A stretch of DNA of 64,000 nt. Source: Eledone cirrhosa. Taxonomy: Eukaryota. Positions 13,284 to 27,110 of this stretch are shown here, piece by piece; the stretch's first letter is position 1, and every line of letters begins with the position of its first letter. The notes beneath the pieces were generated by a model, which made no database searches, was not told the DNA's origin, and saw only the letters and a list, made by a program, of their open reading frames with translations. The stretch covers positions 55,304,001 through 55,368,000 of the forward strand of contig OZ024747.1 of the NCBI GenBank assembly GCA_964016885.1. Direction: 5' to 3'. Both the position numbers and the translations under genes were made by a program.

Positions 13284-13284
<1 letters not shown>
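11796..13284 (+). mobile_element. Tx1-A LINE copy 2, 5'-truncated with internal deletions
   Basis: Highly similar to 2130-3940. Lacks ~2311-2648 of copy 1. C-terminal ORF 12080-13036 is open. Ends AATAAAGAAA then (TTA)n. Confidence 0.92.
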
Positions 13285-13341
<57 letters not shown>

Positions 13342-13343
<2 letters not shown>

Positions 13344-15597
13344 GTTCTTTGAGTCTCAGTCATTGATGTTAGTTAACTGGAAAGTTTGTTGAAATGAATA
13401 TCAAGCCACTACCTGCAGCCTCACATATTCAGGACGTATCGGAGGCTTCTTGCTGTTCCCAGCCAGCATGCTTTTGAAGCGTTCCAAAAAGCGTGGCGGA
13501 GCCAATTTTCTTTAACCATCCCTGGAAACTTTTTGAGATAGTACCTAGTGCCCCTATGACAATCGGGACCACTTTGACTTCATGGCAGTTCCAAATCCTT
13601 TTTACCTCCCACTTTAAGTCCTGGTATCGGTTAACTTTCTCCCTCTCCTTCTCTTGCACTCTCGTGTCGAATGGGCAAGCCACATCCATAATCAGGCACG
13701 ATCTTTTTTCCTTGTCCAAAACCACCAGGTCAGGTCTATTGTGCTCCAGTTTCTTGTCCGCCTGTATCCTAAAATCCCACAGCACCTTCACCTGATCGTT
13801 TTCTATCACCGACTCTGGCTTATGTTCATACCACTTCTCAGAATGTGGTAAATTGTTTACTTTGCATAGGTGCCAGTGGATCACCCTGCCCATCACATCA
13901 TGTCTCCAGCCTTTATAGTGAGTCTGGGCTAGCTGTTTACACTCGGATACAATGTGAGCCACAGTCTCCTCTCTCCACAGATCCTGCACAGTGGGCTAGC
14001 CTCCTCCTTGTAAATATGGTGTTTCAACCACTTCGTTTTGAGGTCCTGCTCTTGCGCAACCATTATCATTTCTTCTGTAGCCTTTTTAAGGTATCTTCTC
14101 TTCAAACAGTTCCATGTCTGTGGATCTCTGAATTCAGTTTTCTCAAAGAAGGTATTATGAAGGGATTTTTCATGAATGCTGCTCTTTCTCCTTGTTGTTA
14201 TTTCCTCCTTGGACATCCCCTGGTCTATTGTCCTCTCCTTCAGTACAATTCTGGGCACTGGCTCCTTACTATCTGTCACGTATTTGTGTAGGTTGTTTTT
14301 CTCCATCTGAACACAGTCCTCTATGCTGATAAGACCTCTTCCACCTTCAGATCTCCTTAAGTAGAGTCTATCGACATCACTCCTCTTGTGGGACATGTTG
14401 TAGATAGTCAATAGCTTCCTAGTCTTCCTATCCATTTCTTTTTGTTAAGCAACATTCCATCTCAGAATTACCGCACTTTACCTAATAATAGACACAGCTC
14501 GGGAATTTACTGCACTTATGGCATTCCTACTGTTCAGATGTGACTTTAATACGCTCCTTACTCCCCGAATATATTTAGATCTTATCAATTCCTTCATTTT
14601 TTTGTTCTTGATGTCATCAGCCTCCAGAACACCCCAAAAATTGTATCCTTCTTCAGTGTCAATTTCCTTTATCATCTCACCTGTCGGTACCTGGATTCCG
14701 TTGTGTCTGCTCATTTACCCCCTTCATCACAAGGACTCCATACTTACTAATACCAAATTGCATACATATATCATTGCTGAAAATACGGACAGTGTCAACA
14801 AGCACATCCGACTCCTTCTCACTCTTCCCGAAGAGCTTAAGATCGTCCATGAAGAGGAGGTGATTGATGGTAAGCTCTCCCTTTCCCAACTTGTATCCTG
14901 CTCTCACTTTTCGCAGTATAATGGTCAGGGGCATCAGGGCAAGGACAAACAACAGAAGGGACAGACTATCTCCCTGGAAGATACCTCTCTTGATCTTCAC
15001 GCCTCCCAAGGATTCTCCAGTTGATGTTAACTCTGTTTTCCAGGACTTCATACTTTTTTCCAACAACTGTCTGATGTTATCTGCCACCTTGAAGATCTCT
15101 AGGCTTTTGGTGATCCAAGAATGAGACACCATGTCAAATGCCTTTTTGTAGTCTATCCATCCCATGGCAAGACCAGTGTGTCTCCTCTTGCAATTCCTCA
15201 TTACCATCTTATCAATAAGTAACTGGTCCTTTGTACCACGGGACTTCTTTCGGCATCCTTTCTGTTCGTCTGGTAATAAGTTGTTTGTGTGGAGGTGATG
15301 GTAGATTTCCTCAGACATAATGCTTGTCAACAGTTTCCACATTACGGACAGACATGTGATAGGTCTATAGTTGGTAACATCATTACCCTTGATTCGGTCT
15401 TTCATTACCAGAACTGTGGTACCTTTTGTCAACCACTCTGGTACCTCACCTCACATCAAGCAGTCATTGAACATGGTTGTCAGTTTCGGGTGGAGGGATG
15501 TTATATTTTTAAACCAATACCCCTGCACACCATCTGGGCCTGGTGATTTCCAGTTAGTTAGTTTTTTGGCCTGCCCCTTAAGAGTTTCAACTGTGAT
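13342..15597 (-). mobile_element. R4/Dong-type element, family 1 copy 2 (5'-truncated, frameshifted)
   Basis: [42 protein letters not shown] motifs split over several frames. (TTA)n on both sides. Confidence 0.92.
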
Positions 15598-15616
15598 ATT
15601 ATTATTATTATTATTA

Positions 15617-15810
15617 CAGTTGCATTTATCTTGCTTTATGTTCATACGAGTTATCACCAAGTCACAACCAGTGACCTCAAGAGACAAGGTCCGCCAAGTT
15701 CAAGAAAAAACATACATATTCACACATGCATCCTTAGTGTTTAGACTTGTGATGTACTTATATTGACAGAATCTTCCTTAGTATATGGGCAGTTCCCATT
15801 AATACTATCT

Positions 15811-15814
<4 letters not shown>
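15617..15814 (-). mobile_element. R4/Dong-type element, second family, 3' fragment
   Basis: Minus 15814-15758 reads QKIVLMGTAHILRKILSI*, homologous to LQKACLLGTARTLRYVLNI*, with a different 3'UTR. (TTA)n on both sides. Confidence 0.72.
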
Positions 15815-15855
<41 letters not shown>

Positions 15856-15885
15856 GGCCTTGTGCCAAAAGTAGAAACAATTATT
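15856..15885 (+). mobile_element. Extreme 3' fragment of the ggggtcgataaa-family SINE within (TTA)n
   Basis: ggccttgtgccaaaagtagaaacaatt, matching SINE ends at 7.6, 33.0, 38.8 and 48.1 kb. Confidence 0.65.
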
Positions 15886-15904
15886 ATTATTATTATTGTT
15901 ATTG

Positions 15905-17503
15905 TTATTCCTTGAATCTCAGTCATTGATGTTGGTTAACTGGAAAGTCCGTTGGATTGAATATCAAGCCACTACCTGCAGCCTCAGATATTCAGGACGT
16001 ATCGGAGGGTTCTTGCCGTTCCAAGCAAGCATGCCTTTTGAAGCGTTCCAAAAAGCGTGAAGGGGCCGATTTTCTTTAACCATCCCTGGAAACCTTTGGA
16101 GATAGTCCCCAGTGCGCCTATGACAATCGGGATCACTTTGACTTCATGGCAGTTCCAAATCCTTTTCACCTCCCACTTTAGGTCCTGGTATCGGTTAATT
16201 TTCTCCCTCTCCTTCTCTTGCACTCTCGTGTCGAACGGGCAGGCCACATCCACAATCAGGCACGATCTTTTTTCTTTGTCCACAACCACCAGGTCAGGTC
16301 TATTGTGTTCCAGTTTTTTGTCCGTCTGTATCCTAAAATCCCACAGCACCTTCACCTGACTGTTCTCCATCACCGCCTCTGGCCTATGCTCATACCATTT
16401 CTCAGAATGTGGTAGATTGTTTACTTTGCACAGGTGCCAGTGGATCACCCTGCCCATCACATCGTGTCTCCAGCCCTTATAGTGGGTCTGGGCTAGGTGT
16501 TTACACTCGGACACAATGTGAGCCACAGTCTCCTCTCTCTCTCCACAGATCCTGCACAGTGGGCTAGCCTCCTCCTTGTAGATATGGTGCTTCAACCACT
16601 TCGTTTTGAGGGCCTGCTCCTGCGCAGCCATTAGCATTCCTTCTGTAGCCTTTTTGAGGTCTCCTCTTCTCAACCAGTTCCATGTCTGTGGATCTCTAAA
16701 TTCAGTTTTCTCAAAGTAGGTACTATGAAGGGATTTTCCCTTAAGGCTGCTCTTCCTCCTTGATGTTATTTCCTCCTTGGGTATCCCCTGGCCTACTGTC
16801 CCCTCCTTCAGTACAGCTCTGAGCATTGGCTCCTTACTATAGGTCACGTATTTGTATAGGTTGTTTTTCTCCATCTGAACACAGTCCTCTATGCTGATAA
16901 GCCCTCTTCCACCCTCAGATCTCCTTAGGTAGAGTCTATCGACATCACTCCTCTTGTGGAACATGTTGTAGATAGTCAATAGCTTCCTAGTCTTCCTATC
17001 CATTTCTTTTTGTTCAGCAACATTCCATCTCAGAATTCCCGCACTGTACCTAATAATAGACACAGCTCGGGAATTTACTGCGCTTATGGCATTTCTGCTG
17101 TTCAGATGTGACTTCAATACGCTCCTTACTCTCCGAATGTATTCAGTTCTTAACAATTCCTTCATTTTTTTGTTCTTTATGCCATCAGCCTCCAGAACGC
17201 CCAAATACTTGTATCCTTCCTCAGAGTCAATTTCCTTTATCATCTCACCTGTTGGTATCTGGATCCCGTTACTTCTGCTCAACCTACCCCTCCTCATCAC
17301 AATGACTCCACATTTACCAATACCAAACTGCATACATATATCACTGCTGAAAATACGGACAGTGTCAACAAGCACATCCAACTCCTTCTCACTTTTCCCG
17401 AAGAGCTTAAGATCGTCCATGAAGAGGAGGTGATTGATGGTAAGCTCTCCCCTTCCCAACTTGTATCCTGCTCTCACTTTTCGCAGCATAATGGTCAAGG
17501 GCA
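15905..17503 (-). mobile_element. R4/Dong-type element, family 1 copy 3 (5'-truncated; RT C-half, CCHC and RLE in one open frame to 15984)
   Basis: [51 protein letters not shown]. The N-terminal poly-Ile of the listed ORF is the flanking (TAA)n. Confidence 0.93.
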
Positions 17504-17509
17504 GTATTA

Positions 17510-17577
<68 letters not shown>

Positions 17578-17784
17578 GTTGTTGTTGTTCTTATTGTTAT
17601 AGCAAAAGTTATTTTTTCTAGTATGTTAAGAGAATAAAACAACTACTAAATCTCATCTATATATTTGAAGATTGCTATACGGATGATTATGATGACGTGG
17701 AGTAGAGTGTAGAAAGAGTGGAAGAAGACGAAGAAAATTCCGACAAGAATTTCACAATGATGATATTGTTGGAGATGATTATAC

Positions 17785-18010
17785 TCATCATCATCATCGT
17801 CATCTTCGTCGTCGTCATCGTCGCCATAAATATCCTCGTCATCATCATCATCATCATCATCAATGTTGTCGTCGTCATCATCATCATCATCGCGAACATC
17901 ATCATCGTGAACATCATCATCATCACCATCAGCATCATGATCATGATCACCATCATCATCTATATAGTCATTACCATGACAACAACACGTATTTGCATTG
18001 ATGATGATGA
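17785..18010. repeat. (CAT/CGT)n compound microsatellite
   Basis: Visible repeat. Confidence 0.9.
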
Positions 18011-18764
18011 TGGACACTTGAAAATCCAACAATGGTGACAAGCCCATTGAAATGTCTGGACAAGAGAAGCCTCACGCGGTAAATGTAAATAAAGAAATAA
18101 GACACACGTCTCCTATAATATTACATAATTTCTCTTAATTTTTTATTTTATATCTTTTCGTATATTGGATTTTAATTCTTAATTTCTACTTTTCACAATG
18201 TATTTATTTCACTTTTCCTTGTCTTCGTATGTCGCTGTCGTTATAGTTTTCTTAATGTTTATGCTTCTTTTAGGTATCATATGCCTTCAAGGTTTGTTCT
18301 TTTTTTCTTTTGAATTTCAGTATATTATATATATATATTTTTTTTTTTCGTTTTTCTATTTCTCAGCGAGTTAGTGTGTATATTTTACTTTCTTAATGTG
18401 TGTGCACAGATACACACACGCCCCGCCCTCTCATATATATATATATATATATGCATGCATGTATGCGTATATTTTTGTATATATGAATATGTGTATAATT
18501 GCGTGCATGAGTAAATATATGTATGTATAAAGGTATGTATTTATAAAAATATGTATGTTTATATGTATATATTCATGTTTTTATTTATATGTGTGTGCGT
18601 GTGTATATTTTTTGTTTGATTTCGACAGCCTGGCTTGTTGCTTTAGATTCTCACCGAACATCTTCAGTAAACAGATTTATCTGTCAAATAAAATCTAGTT
18701 CAATTTTTTTTTCTATTTGAGACGTACAGGTATTGTCAGTAAATAAATCTTTAAAAATGAATTA

Positions 18765-18793
18765 CAATAATAACAACGACGACGACAACAGCG

Positions 18794-18875
<82 letters not shown>

Positions 18876-18880
18876 GAATG
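18765..18880. repeat. (AAC)n microsatellite
   Basis: Visible repeat. Confidence 0.95.
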
Positions 18881-19245
18881 ATAATAACTACAAAAACAAA
18901 TGTATTAACAAAAAAAACACGGAGTACTATGATGAAGAAATCATTTGCAACGGTAACATCACCAACAAGTACAACAGCCACACCATCAACAATAATAACA
19001 ATAAGAAAATGAATTACAACAATACAAAGTATGGTGCAGACTTCATCAGCCTCCACCAAAATCATAACACCAAAGAAAACATCAACAACAACAAGAACAG
19101 CATCAACATGTAGGCCAACATCACCAACTACAATACAATTTCTACCCAGTAGTGCCAATAAAATATGCTCTCAAAAATACGTATTTTTTAACAACAAAAA
19201 TAAAAATGACATAAAATACACGAATAACAATTTATAACAAAAATA

Positions 19246-19284
<39 letters not shown>

Positions 19285-19617
19285 TGATGAGGATGATGAT
19301 GATGACAATAATAATAACAACAACAACAACAAAAACAACCACAATAATAACATTAATATAATAATAAAAAGTATATATTAAGAAGAAACTAAGAAACACG
19401 GTAGAATTTAGAAAAAGAAATGTATATTATTAGAAAATTTGTGTTTTACATTTTTTTACAATTTTGTTAACAACGATGTTGAACAAAAAATATATATATT
19501 CTTTACAATTTATATTTTCATTGGAGTTTTTACAGATTTTCAGTTGCGTGTCTCACTCTGTCAGCGTTTTTTTTCTCTTGTTCTAAACGAACAATATATA
19601 TGTGTATATATGTAAAG

Positions 19618-19648
<31 letters not shown>

Positions 19649-19661
19649 ATGGTATATTATG

Positions 19662-19756
<95 letters not shown>

Positions 19757-19987
19757 ATATAGACATCAGAGGCATACCTACATACACACATGCTCACACT
19801 GTGAAAAATCAATTTTTTTTCCTTCTTGTATTTTTCTAACATATAACTTGTATTAAAAAACTTTTTTTTTTCTTTACTTATTCAGATTATACATTTCTTA
19901 ATTTTGTATATTTTTTCACATATATATAATTTTACGACGTGTTTGTATATACATACATACATACATATATTTATATTTGTATGTTCG

Positions 19988-20079
<92 letters not shown>

Positions 20080-20525
20080 TTGTATGTTCTTATAATATAT
20101 ATATATATATATATAGATATTTATATAGATATATATACATACATATATATATACGATATATGTATGGACCGATATGTGTTTATATATGTATTATTTAAAA
20201 AAATCAGATATTTATGATACTTTCGTGATGTCTGTTTGCGGTGTTTTTTTTTTCACTTTACTTTATTACTTTTTTCAATACGTTTCATTTTATATTGATA
20301 TTTCGAAAGTCTTATATATTTCTGACTTTCACAAATCACAATTGATAAAAATAACAATAATCATACGCACTGACAACACAGTAGTCATACCTAGTAGATA
20401 ACAACAATGACAACAACTGAAATAACACCAAGGAGAACATGTTCCACTATCACTACCGCTGCTATTACTGCGAAGTATAAAACTATTCCTAACAAATAAT
20501 TAAAACTATATTATACTGATAATAA

Positions 20526-20850
20526 TTGTTTCTACTGTTGGCACAAGGCCATCAAATACCCAGTACATTACTGGTACTTTATTTTTTCGACCCTGTAAGG
20601 ATGAAAGGCAAATTTAACCTCGGCGGGATTTGAACTCAGACCGCAAAGGGACGTAACTATGCTAGAAAGCATGGCGTGCGACCCTCTACCGATTCTGCCA
20701 ATCCACCGCCCTCTTATACTGATAATAACTGTTTCTTCTTTTGGCACAAGGCCAGTAAATACCCAGTACATTACTGGTACTTTATTTTATCGACCTCGTA
20801 AGGGTGAAAGGCAAAGTGAACCTCGACGGTATTTGAACTCAGACCGTCAA
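20526..20850 (-). mobile_element. SINE dimer (ggggtcgataaa family): full copy inserted at the tail of a truncated copy
   Basis: TSD ttatactgataataa at 20511-20525 and 20714-20728 brackets only the first unit. Confidence 0.82.
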
Positions 20851-21021
20851 ATCCCATAATAATACCAGGTAATAACTAATTAGGGAATTTTAGAAGCAAA
20901 TTCCATCGATATGCAAAGAGGATTTCCCCTAAGATACTTTATCCTTCCCCCCGCTCTCTCTCTCTCTGCATTTCTCTCTATCTCTCTCTGTGTCTCTCTC
21001 TCTCTCTCTCTTTCTATATAT

Positions 21022-21180
21022 AAGACCAAGGTTAACATATGTTGATGCCCTAAGGACAGACACTGGTCTGTTGGAGATGCAGGATATGGCAGCGATAATG
21101 AGGGACAGAGACCGCTGGAGAGAACTCGTCCATGGATCTCGGGAAGTTTACCCGCCTTAGATAGATAGATAGATAGATAT
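21022..21180 (+). mobile_element. RTEX-like LINE 3' fragment with (AGAT)n tail
   Basis: Matches 31080-31210 (RLTYVDAL) and ends ccgccttagatagatagat. Confidence 0.75.
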
Positions 21181-21269
21181 ATATATATTTGTGTATAGTG
21201 GTAGCTATGGTGCTTCCGTAGCTGGTATGCCAAAATTACCACTCGATATTCATCAGAGTAGAGTGTAGA

Positions 21270-21880
21270 TATTATCAAGAAAACGAAAAATCAGTGATGC
21301 AGAAGGCTCGTGGCGGCATGTATCAACAAGTGTGTGTGACTGGGTCTATGGGAGTGAGGGAGAGAGGGTGTGTGAGTATATATACTGCGATGTATGTATG
21401 TGGCCGTGTGGGTGTCTGCGCATGTAAACATATGAGTGTGAATGCATAGATAGGTATGTGTCTGAATATGTGTGTGTTATTATGTGTTTATTCTAGTATG
21501 TGTGGGTGCTTACCCTGGAGTGTGAGCAGACGTGTGAAGTACTGAACCCAGCATGACTCCATTGAAATGTGTCGGACGGAAAATGGTTGATGAACCGTGT
21601 GGCAGCAGATACTGAACAGAACTTGTGATGACGTGGAGTAAAAACAGCGAATGGCACGACAAGAGTGGATAGAGGGTTTTTTGAGGGTGTTGTTTTGATG
21701 ACAACACCCCAGTGATAAATTTGCTCCGGACATAACACCCGTGTCTGAAAGAACCCGGAGAAGTAGAATCAGCCAGATCCATACAAGGACCATGACTCGA
21801 GCTACATGCCGGCGAAACATTTGTAACACGAAATAAACTAAGTCCAGATGCATCATTGATTTTTCGTTTTCTTGATAATA
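21270..21880 (+). mobile_element. Non-coding PLE-like element with a 32-bp inverted terminus and a hammerhead motif
   Basis: tattatcaagaaaacgaaaaatcagtgatgca at 21270 has its reverse complement at 21849-21880. 3' end abuts (TA)n. Confidence 0.6.
21740..21830 (+). ncRNA. Type-I hammerhead ribozyme-like motif
   Basis: Stem I CGTGT/ACACG, CTGAAAGA (one extra A), stem II closed by CCGG/CCGG, GAAA at 21814, stem III ACA-TT-TGT, GUA site. Confidence 0.6.
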
Positions 21881-21958
21881 TATATATATATATATAGGAA
21901 CTCAAAATAGTCTCTTACAACAACATAGCTCTAAGAAAGAGATATTTCCGAAGCGTAT

Positions 21959-22239
21959 ATTATAATTGAATATAAAAGAAAAACGACTAAGATATATACT
22001 GTTCAAAACAGATATATATTGTTCAAATCGTAAGGGACCAGATTCGCTAAGTTGTCTGGGTGATTGGTAGTTACCACAATTCCGGTTTGTATTTATTTTC
22101 TTGATTTTTTTCTGAAATTGAGATAAGCAAACCCAATTGTCTATAGTTAGTATTCCTTTCACCTTAGCGAATCTGGTCCCTTACGATTTGAACTCATATT
22201 TGTATATATCTGTGTTCGTTTTTCTTTTATATTCAGTTA

Positions 22240-22243
<4 letters not shown>
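21959..22243. repeat. Imperfect inverted repeat (foldback) between (TA)n tracts
   Basis: gttcaaatcgtaagggaccagattcgctaag pairs with cttagcgaatctggtcccttacgatttgaac, and the outer arms also pair. Confidence 0.75.
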
Positions 22244-22308
<65 letters not shown>

Positions 22309-24839
22309 TTTCGCTCATTCACGTTTTCTCTTTTTCGAAACTTTTTTTTCTGTCCAACTTTAACATTTATCCACCTTGTCAAACAAGGCTCCATTTGAAT
22401 ACAAATGCTACGGGGAGATAAAGATTTGTTCTTTGTAGACGACCTCGAGGTGTATGATATAAATGAAAGCAGCTAGAAACTTCACTGCAGATAATACATG
22501 GATTTAATAATAGGGGAATTGTTATGAAATCCGTGCTAATGAGATGCGCCAGAATAAATCTATTGCGATAGAAGGTAATTACGATTTAATATTTCATGAA
22601 AATTAATTAAATGGTGACTATTTGGTAGAGTCGTTAAGATATCGGATTAAATTGTTCAGTAATTGTCCCAGTTGACTGCTATTTGAGTTCAAACCCCACA
22701 TAGGTTTACTTTGCTTTCCATCCTTTTGAGGTCGATAAATATAGCAAGATGCAGTGGATTATCAGGATTGTTAAAACGTAGGTTGGATCGCATTGCGGTA
22801 TGTGATCTAGCTGTGTGCGTTTCCTTCTTTCAGGAGTTTCGACCGGCACATAGTACAAGCCACGGAAAAACCAATGGAAAAATGTTTCCTTGATCCCATA
22901 TGACGAACGGCTCATTATATTTCCCATCATTTCTAATTAAACAAATTCTCATGTTAAACAGTAAAACAATAACAAAAGAATTAGACGAAATTCTGATCAA
23001 CAAATAAGAAGGAATTAATGACTCTGAGGGCATACAGCATACCCAAATAAGAGATTTAATTATAGATGTAGTAAATCAACAATTTAAACAGAGATAAATG
23101 TACAATTTAATATAAGCATCAATGCACTAGTGGTCCCAAGCGTATGTTTATGGATGTATAGAGCCGCAAAGCTTTGTAGCATTTTCTAAACCCTGTGGAC
23201 CATAACCTCACACCAAGTCTGAACACTGCTAATTTCTCCCATAGATTGAGAGAGTGAGAGAGAGAAGAGAGGGAGAGAGAATTTGACGAACTGAGAAAGA
23301 GATACAGAGGAGAAATTGACACAATACTGGACTAGTACCTTATTTAACGACGCCGGAAGGATGAAATGCAATGTTGATGCCAATGAGTTTTGAACCTGGT
23401 ATCTGGAAAATCAGAGTGAACAATGAAAAGTCTTCTATTTGCTGTCCTAATATCACTGTCAATTCGCTGTCTAGCGTCTAATATACGCAATTTACTATAT
23501 AATATTCTCAAATTCATCGGCCTGACGAAGATAGAAAGTACATTTATCCCGTAGTTATTTGACGTTGGTGCAAACTAACTGGAAGATATACTGCAATAAA
23601 TCTAACGAGTAAAACTGTTTACCGCTCTTGAATGATACATTATACTGGATCTACTAGAATCATGAATTTTATATTTTACCGCAACGTTTGTTTTCAAGAG
23701 GATCATAAAACCTGAGGCATATTCTATATTGATATGCCTACTCCACTCTCTCTCTCTCTCCCCTCTCTCTCTCTCTTGCTATATATTTCTCACCGTCTCT
23801 TTCTCAGACTCTCTCACTTTTTCTCTCTTACTATGTATGCCTCACCGTACCTCTCTCCCTCTCCCTCTCTTTCTCTCTCTCTGAGACTGTCACTTTCTCT
23901 CTCTTGCTATGTATGTCTCAATGCCTCTCTCTCGGACTGTGTCACTCTCTCTCTCTTTTGCTATGTCACTCTCTCTCTCTCTCTTGTATGTCTCACAGTC
24001 TCTTTTTCAGACTCTCCCCTCTCTCTTTCTTTCTCTCTTGCTCTGTATGTCACACCATTTCTTTCTCAGACTCTTTCACTCTCTCTCTCCCTCTCTTGCT
24101 ATGTATATCTCGCGTCCCTCCCTCTACCCTCTCTCTCAGTTTTACTCTACCCTCTCTCTCTTTCTAACCGTATTCTACACAGTTAGATCTCATGATGTTA
24201 GTCATATTATTCAGTGTTGTAATTAGGAGAGGAAATACAATTGCAATGGGTAGGTGCTAACGAAAAATATCACTTGAAGGTTTTAGAGTACGGAAGGGTG
24301 TGTTCGAAACTCTTTGTTTCTATTTTACATTAAATCATTCATATATTTATTCCTTTATTCATTCATTCCTGGTTTCATTCTTTCTTTTTTTTTTTCGCTC
24401 TTCGCTTTCGCAGTTTCTCTTTTCCAATCTCTACTTTCTGTTTCTCTCTCGCTCTCGCCGTTTCTCCCTCCCAATCATACTCCTACAAAATCAGCGACGA
24501 TGTTTGTTGAAGAGACAGGTGAATTTATATATATTTCGATAGATATATATTTAATGCATCACGGGAGATAATCGACAAACTGCTGCTAGTTGTGCAAGCT
24601 TATGAAACTATAGAGACATCAGATACAAAACAATCTTTACAACAAAAACAGAAATCAAATCAACATAAAGTTAATGCAGCTAACATATATATATATATAA
24701 CAAACAGCTAAGAAACGATATACATAAAGTATCATTGTGAAGTAGTTTTGTAGATCTTAAATTACTTATCAATTTACAATATAAGCATATTTAAAATCAT
24801 CAAATATAAATGTGTGTTTATCTATACATGAGTTGCAAA

Positions 24840-25200
24840 AGTGGTTAGTTCTGTTTAGAGGTTGTTCGGCTCATGATGTCAAGGACAGGAGTTCGATTAC
24901 CGGTAGCGTGTTCTGAGGTTGAGCACGACACTTTATTTTGTATTTCTTTAGTCCATTCTTCTGTTAAAAAAATATCCTATACTTGTAATTTAACGAGCCA
25001 CGCATTGAAATCTACGTTAAGGGGACTCGTGTCTGTTGAATCCTCAGCCATTTGTAGATCAACCACTCGAGCATAAAGTTTTGTTGTTCGAAAAATTAGA
25101 GCACTGGCCATTGGAACCGATGGATGACCTGCAACTCTTACGATGTGGATGGTGTTGTTATTGATGTTTAGCCTCAAACGAATCCTGATGAATTAAACAA
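24840..25200 (+). mobile_element. Degenerate tRNA-SINE
   Basis: gtggttag...gagttcgattacc...ttgagcacgacactttatttt. Confidence 0.5.
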
Positions 25201-26004
25201 ACCATCAAGTTTTGTTTTTAAACCGTGACCATCAAGGGTTTTTTAAAGGAAAATCCTAAGCTATATTATCAACTTTGTACTGGGCTTCCGACATTTCTGA
25301 AGTCGAGAGCTCCAATTGTTCGTTCAACAGAACAGTTGTTTATTAGGCACAATTCCCCATTTTGACAGATTTGCAGTTTTGTGTCATGCTAAGACTATGA
25401 TTAGCCGATTAGTATCTGGAAGAGGGTTGGATTTAAACCGGAGGAGGGCACTTCTGGTTTGGGGCTCCTCATTCACAAAAAATTAGAATACATAGCATTC
25501 CCCCAATTTACATATCAAAGTTAGTTTTGCACAAGTTATTGGAATTGAAAAGTTATACATACAGGTATTAAATTCAAAATTTCGAACCATTCTAAAACTG
25601 GAAAGCCCATCTGAGGGCGCAAATACATTGCTATGGCCGTCGCTGGTTGGACCCCCCTCCATACACACACACACTGCAGGGTTTCGGGGAAATTTCCCCC
25701 TTTTGCACCTCATTAAATCCGGCCCTGATCTGGAATATTGTCAGACATTCAAAGCTGTTTACCTAACATTCGGTAATTGTTGTCTGTGGTGCACCAATTT
25801 GATATTTTATATAGTATTAGAGATGTGCAAAAGAGACAAGATTCTCGGGGAGAATCTTGTTGCTGGTGAAGTTCAGTTGAAATCTTTATTCCGCAAGATT
25901 TTAAATCAGACGACTATGGTTAACTAGCATAGCTCATCAGTGTCAGAAACCGATGATTTGTTGAGATACGTTTAATATGTTTGTAGCATGTAGGAGAGAT
26001 TTGG

Positions 26005-26345
26005 CTCTCCAAAAAATTACCTGTCCATGAGAAGACCTAGTGCAAAGTAAATGCTAGGAACAAAAACATCCGCAAGCTCACTGGCACAACTTGGGGTGCA
26101 AACCCATAGACTCAGAAGTCAACTGCATTAGCTCTCTGCAACTCAGCCGCCGAGTATACATGCCCAGTACGGGAGTGAGTTGTCCATGTCCAGAAGTTAG
26201 ATCTCGTCCTGAATTCTAGCTTCCGACTCATCACAGGCTGTCTGAAATCTATATCTACGGACCGTCTGCATATCCTAGCAGGCTTAGCCCCACCAGAGAT
26301 CCGACAAAGTGAAACAAGCAAGAAAGAGCCTCACCAACAGAATCC
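26005..26345 (+). mobile_element. Vingi/Ingi-like LINE remnant (post-RT region)
   Basis: AKVNARNKNIRKLTGTTWGANP*TQKSTALALCNSAAEYTCPV...RLITGCLKS. Confidence 0.7.
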
Positions 26346-26619
26346 AGATAAAAGAACACCCTCTCTTCGGCCATGTGGAAGCCAAATGCCGCCTTAAATC
26401 CAATAAAAGTTTCCTAAGGAGCACCAAAGATCTTCAAGTATAAATAGTGAAAGAATCACTCGCTGGGTAACAATGTCCCATCAGTAACAACAATGGAGCT
26501 AAAAGTGAGCGAAGCACTACCCACTGATGCAGATATAAACTATCCGGTGTGGAAATGCCAAAATAGACTAAGATCTAGTGATGAACGTACAAAAGACACT
26601 CTTGCAAAATGGAAATATT

Positions 26620-27110
26620 TAAAGGATAGATACGTTGTGAGTGATTGCGGCATCTAACCACAGACTACGTGGCACTTGCTGATATGCCCTGTGCTGGAAC
26701 ACTCCTGCACAGCATTGGACTTGGCAGAGTTTAATGAGAAGGGACAGCAATGTGTCATCTGTGGCGGAACCACATCTAGCCAAGCTTTGTAACTGACACT
26801 CTTGTGGACACGACAAATGAAGACCTGTCTATATTCTTTCAGACCAGAAGAACACGCAGCTTTCATCAGCCTGGTGATTATGGCCACCGAAATTGTGTGG
26901 TGGTCAAGACTGAAAGTATGAAGGACAAACAAGTGTCTATTCTGTTAAGATGTTTTCAACATTTAAAGTTAAATAAAACGAAAAAAGAGGAAGTAGTTGT
27001 TGTCCAGCAATGGATGGTCATTTGGATCCTCAATATGGAGGAAGGAGAAAGCGGAGGAAGTTGAAAAACTTTCAAAAACAGCGAGAAATGATGGTGGGTG
27101 GACAAAATGC
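26620..27110 (+). mobile_element. Old Tx1-clade LINE 3' remnant
   Basis: EHAAFISLVIMATEIVWWSRLKV near 26850-26920 matches Tx1-A EGQAVFICLVAMAKEIVWWTRLKG. Confidence 0.65.

Noticed and set aside
13284-17590. CRISPR-like repeat/spacer organisation
   Set aside because: The repeats are variable microsatellites, the spacers are retroelements, and there are no cas genes.
23520-23565. CTGACGA-GATA..TATC hammerhead-like start
   Set aside because: No GAAA box or stem III.
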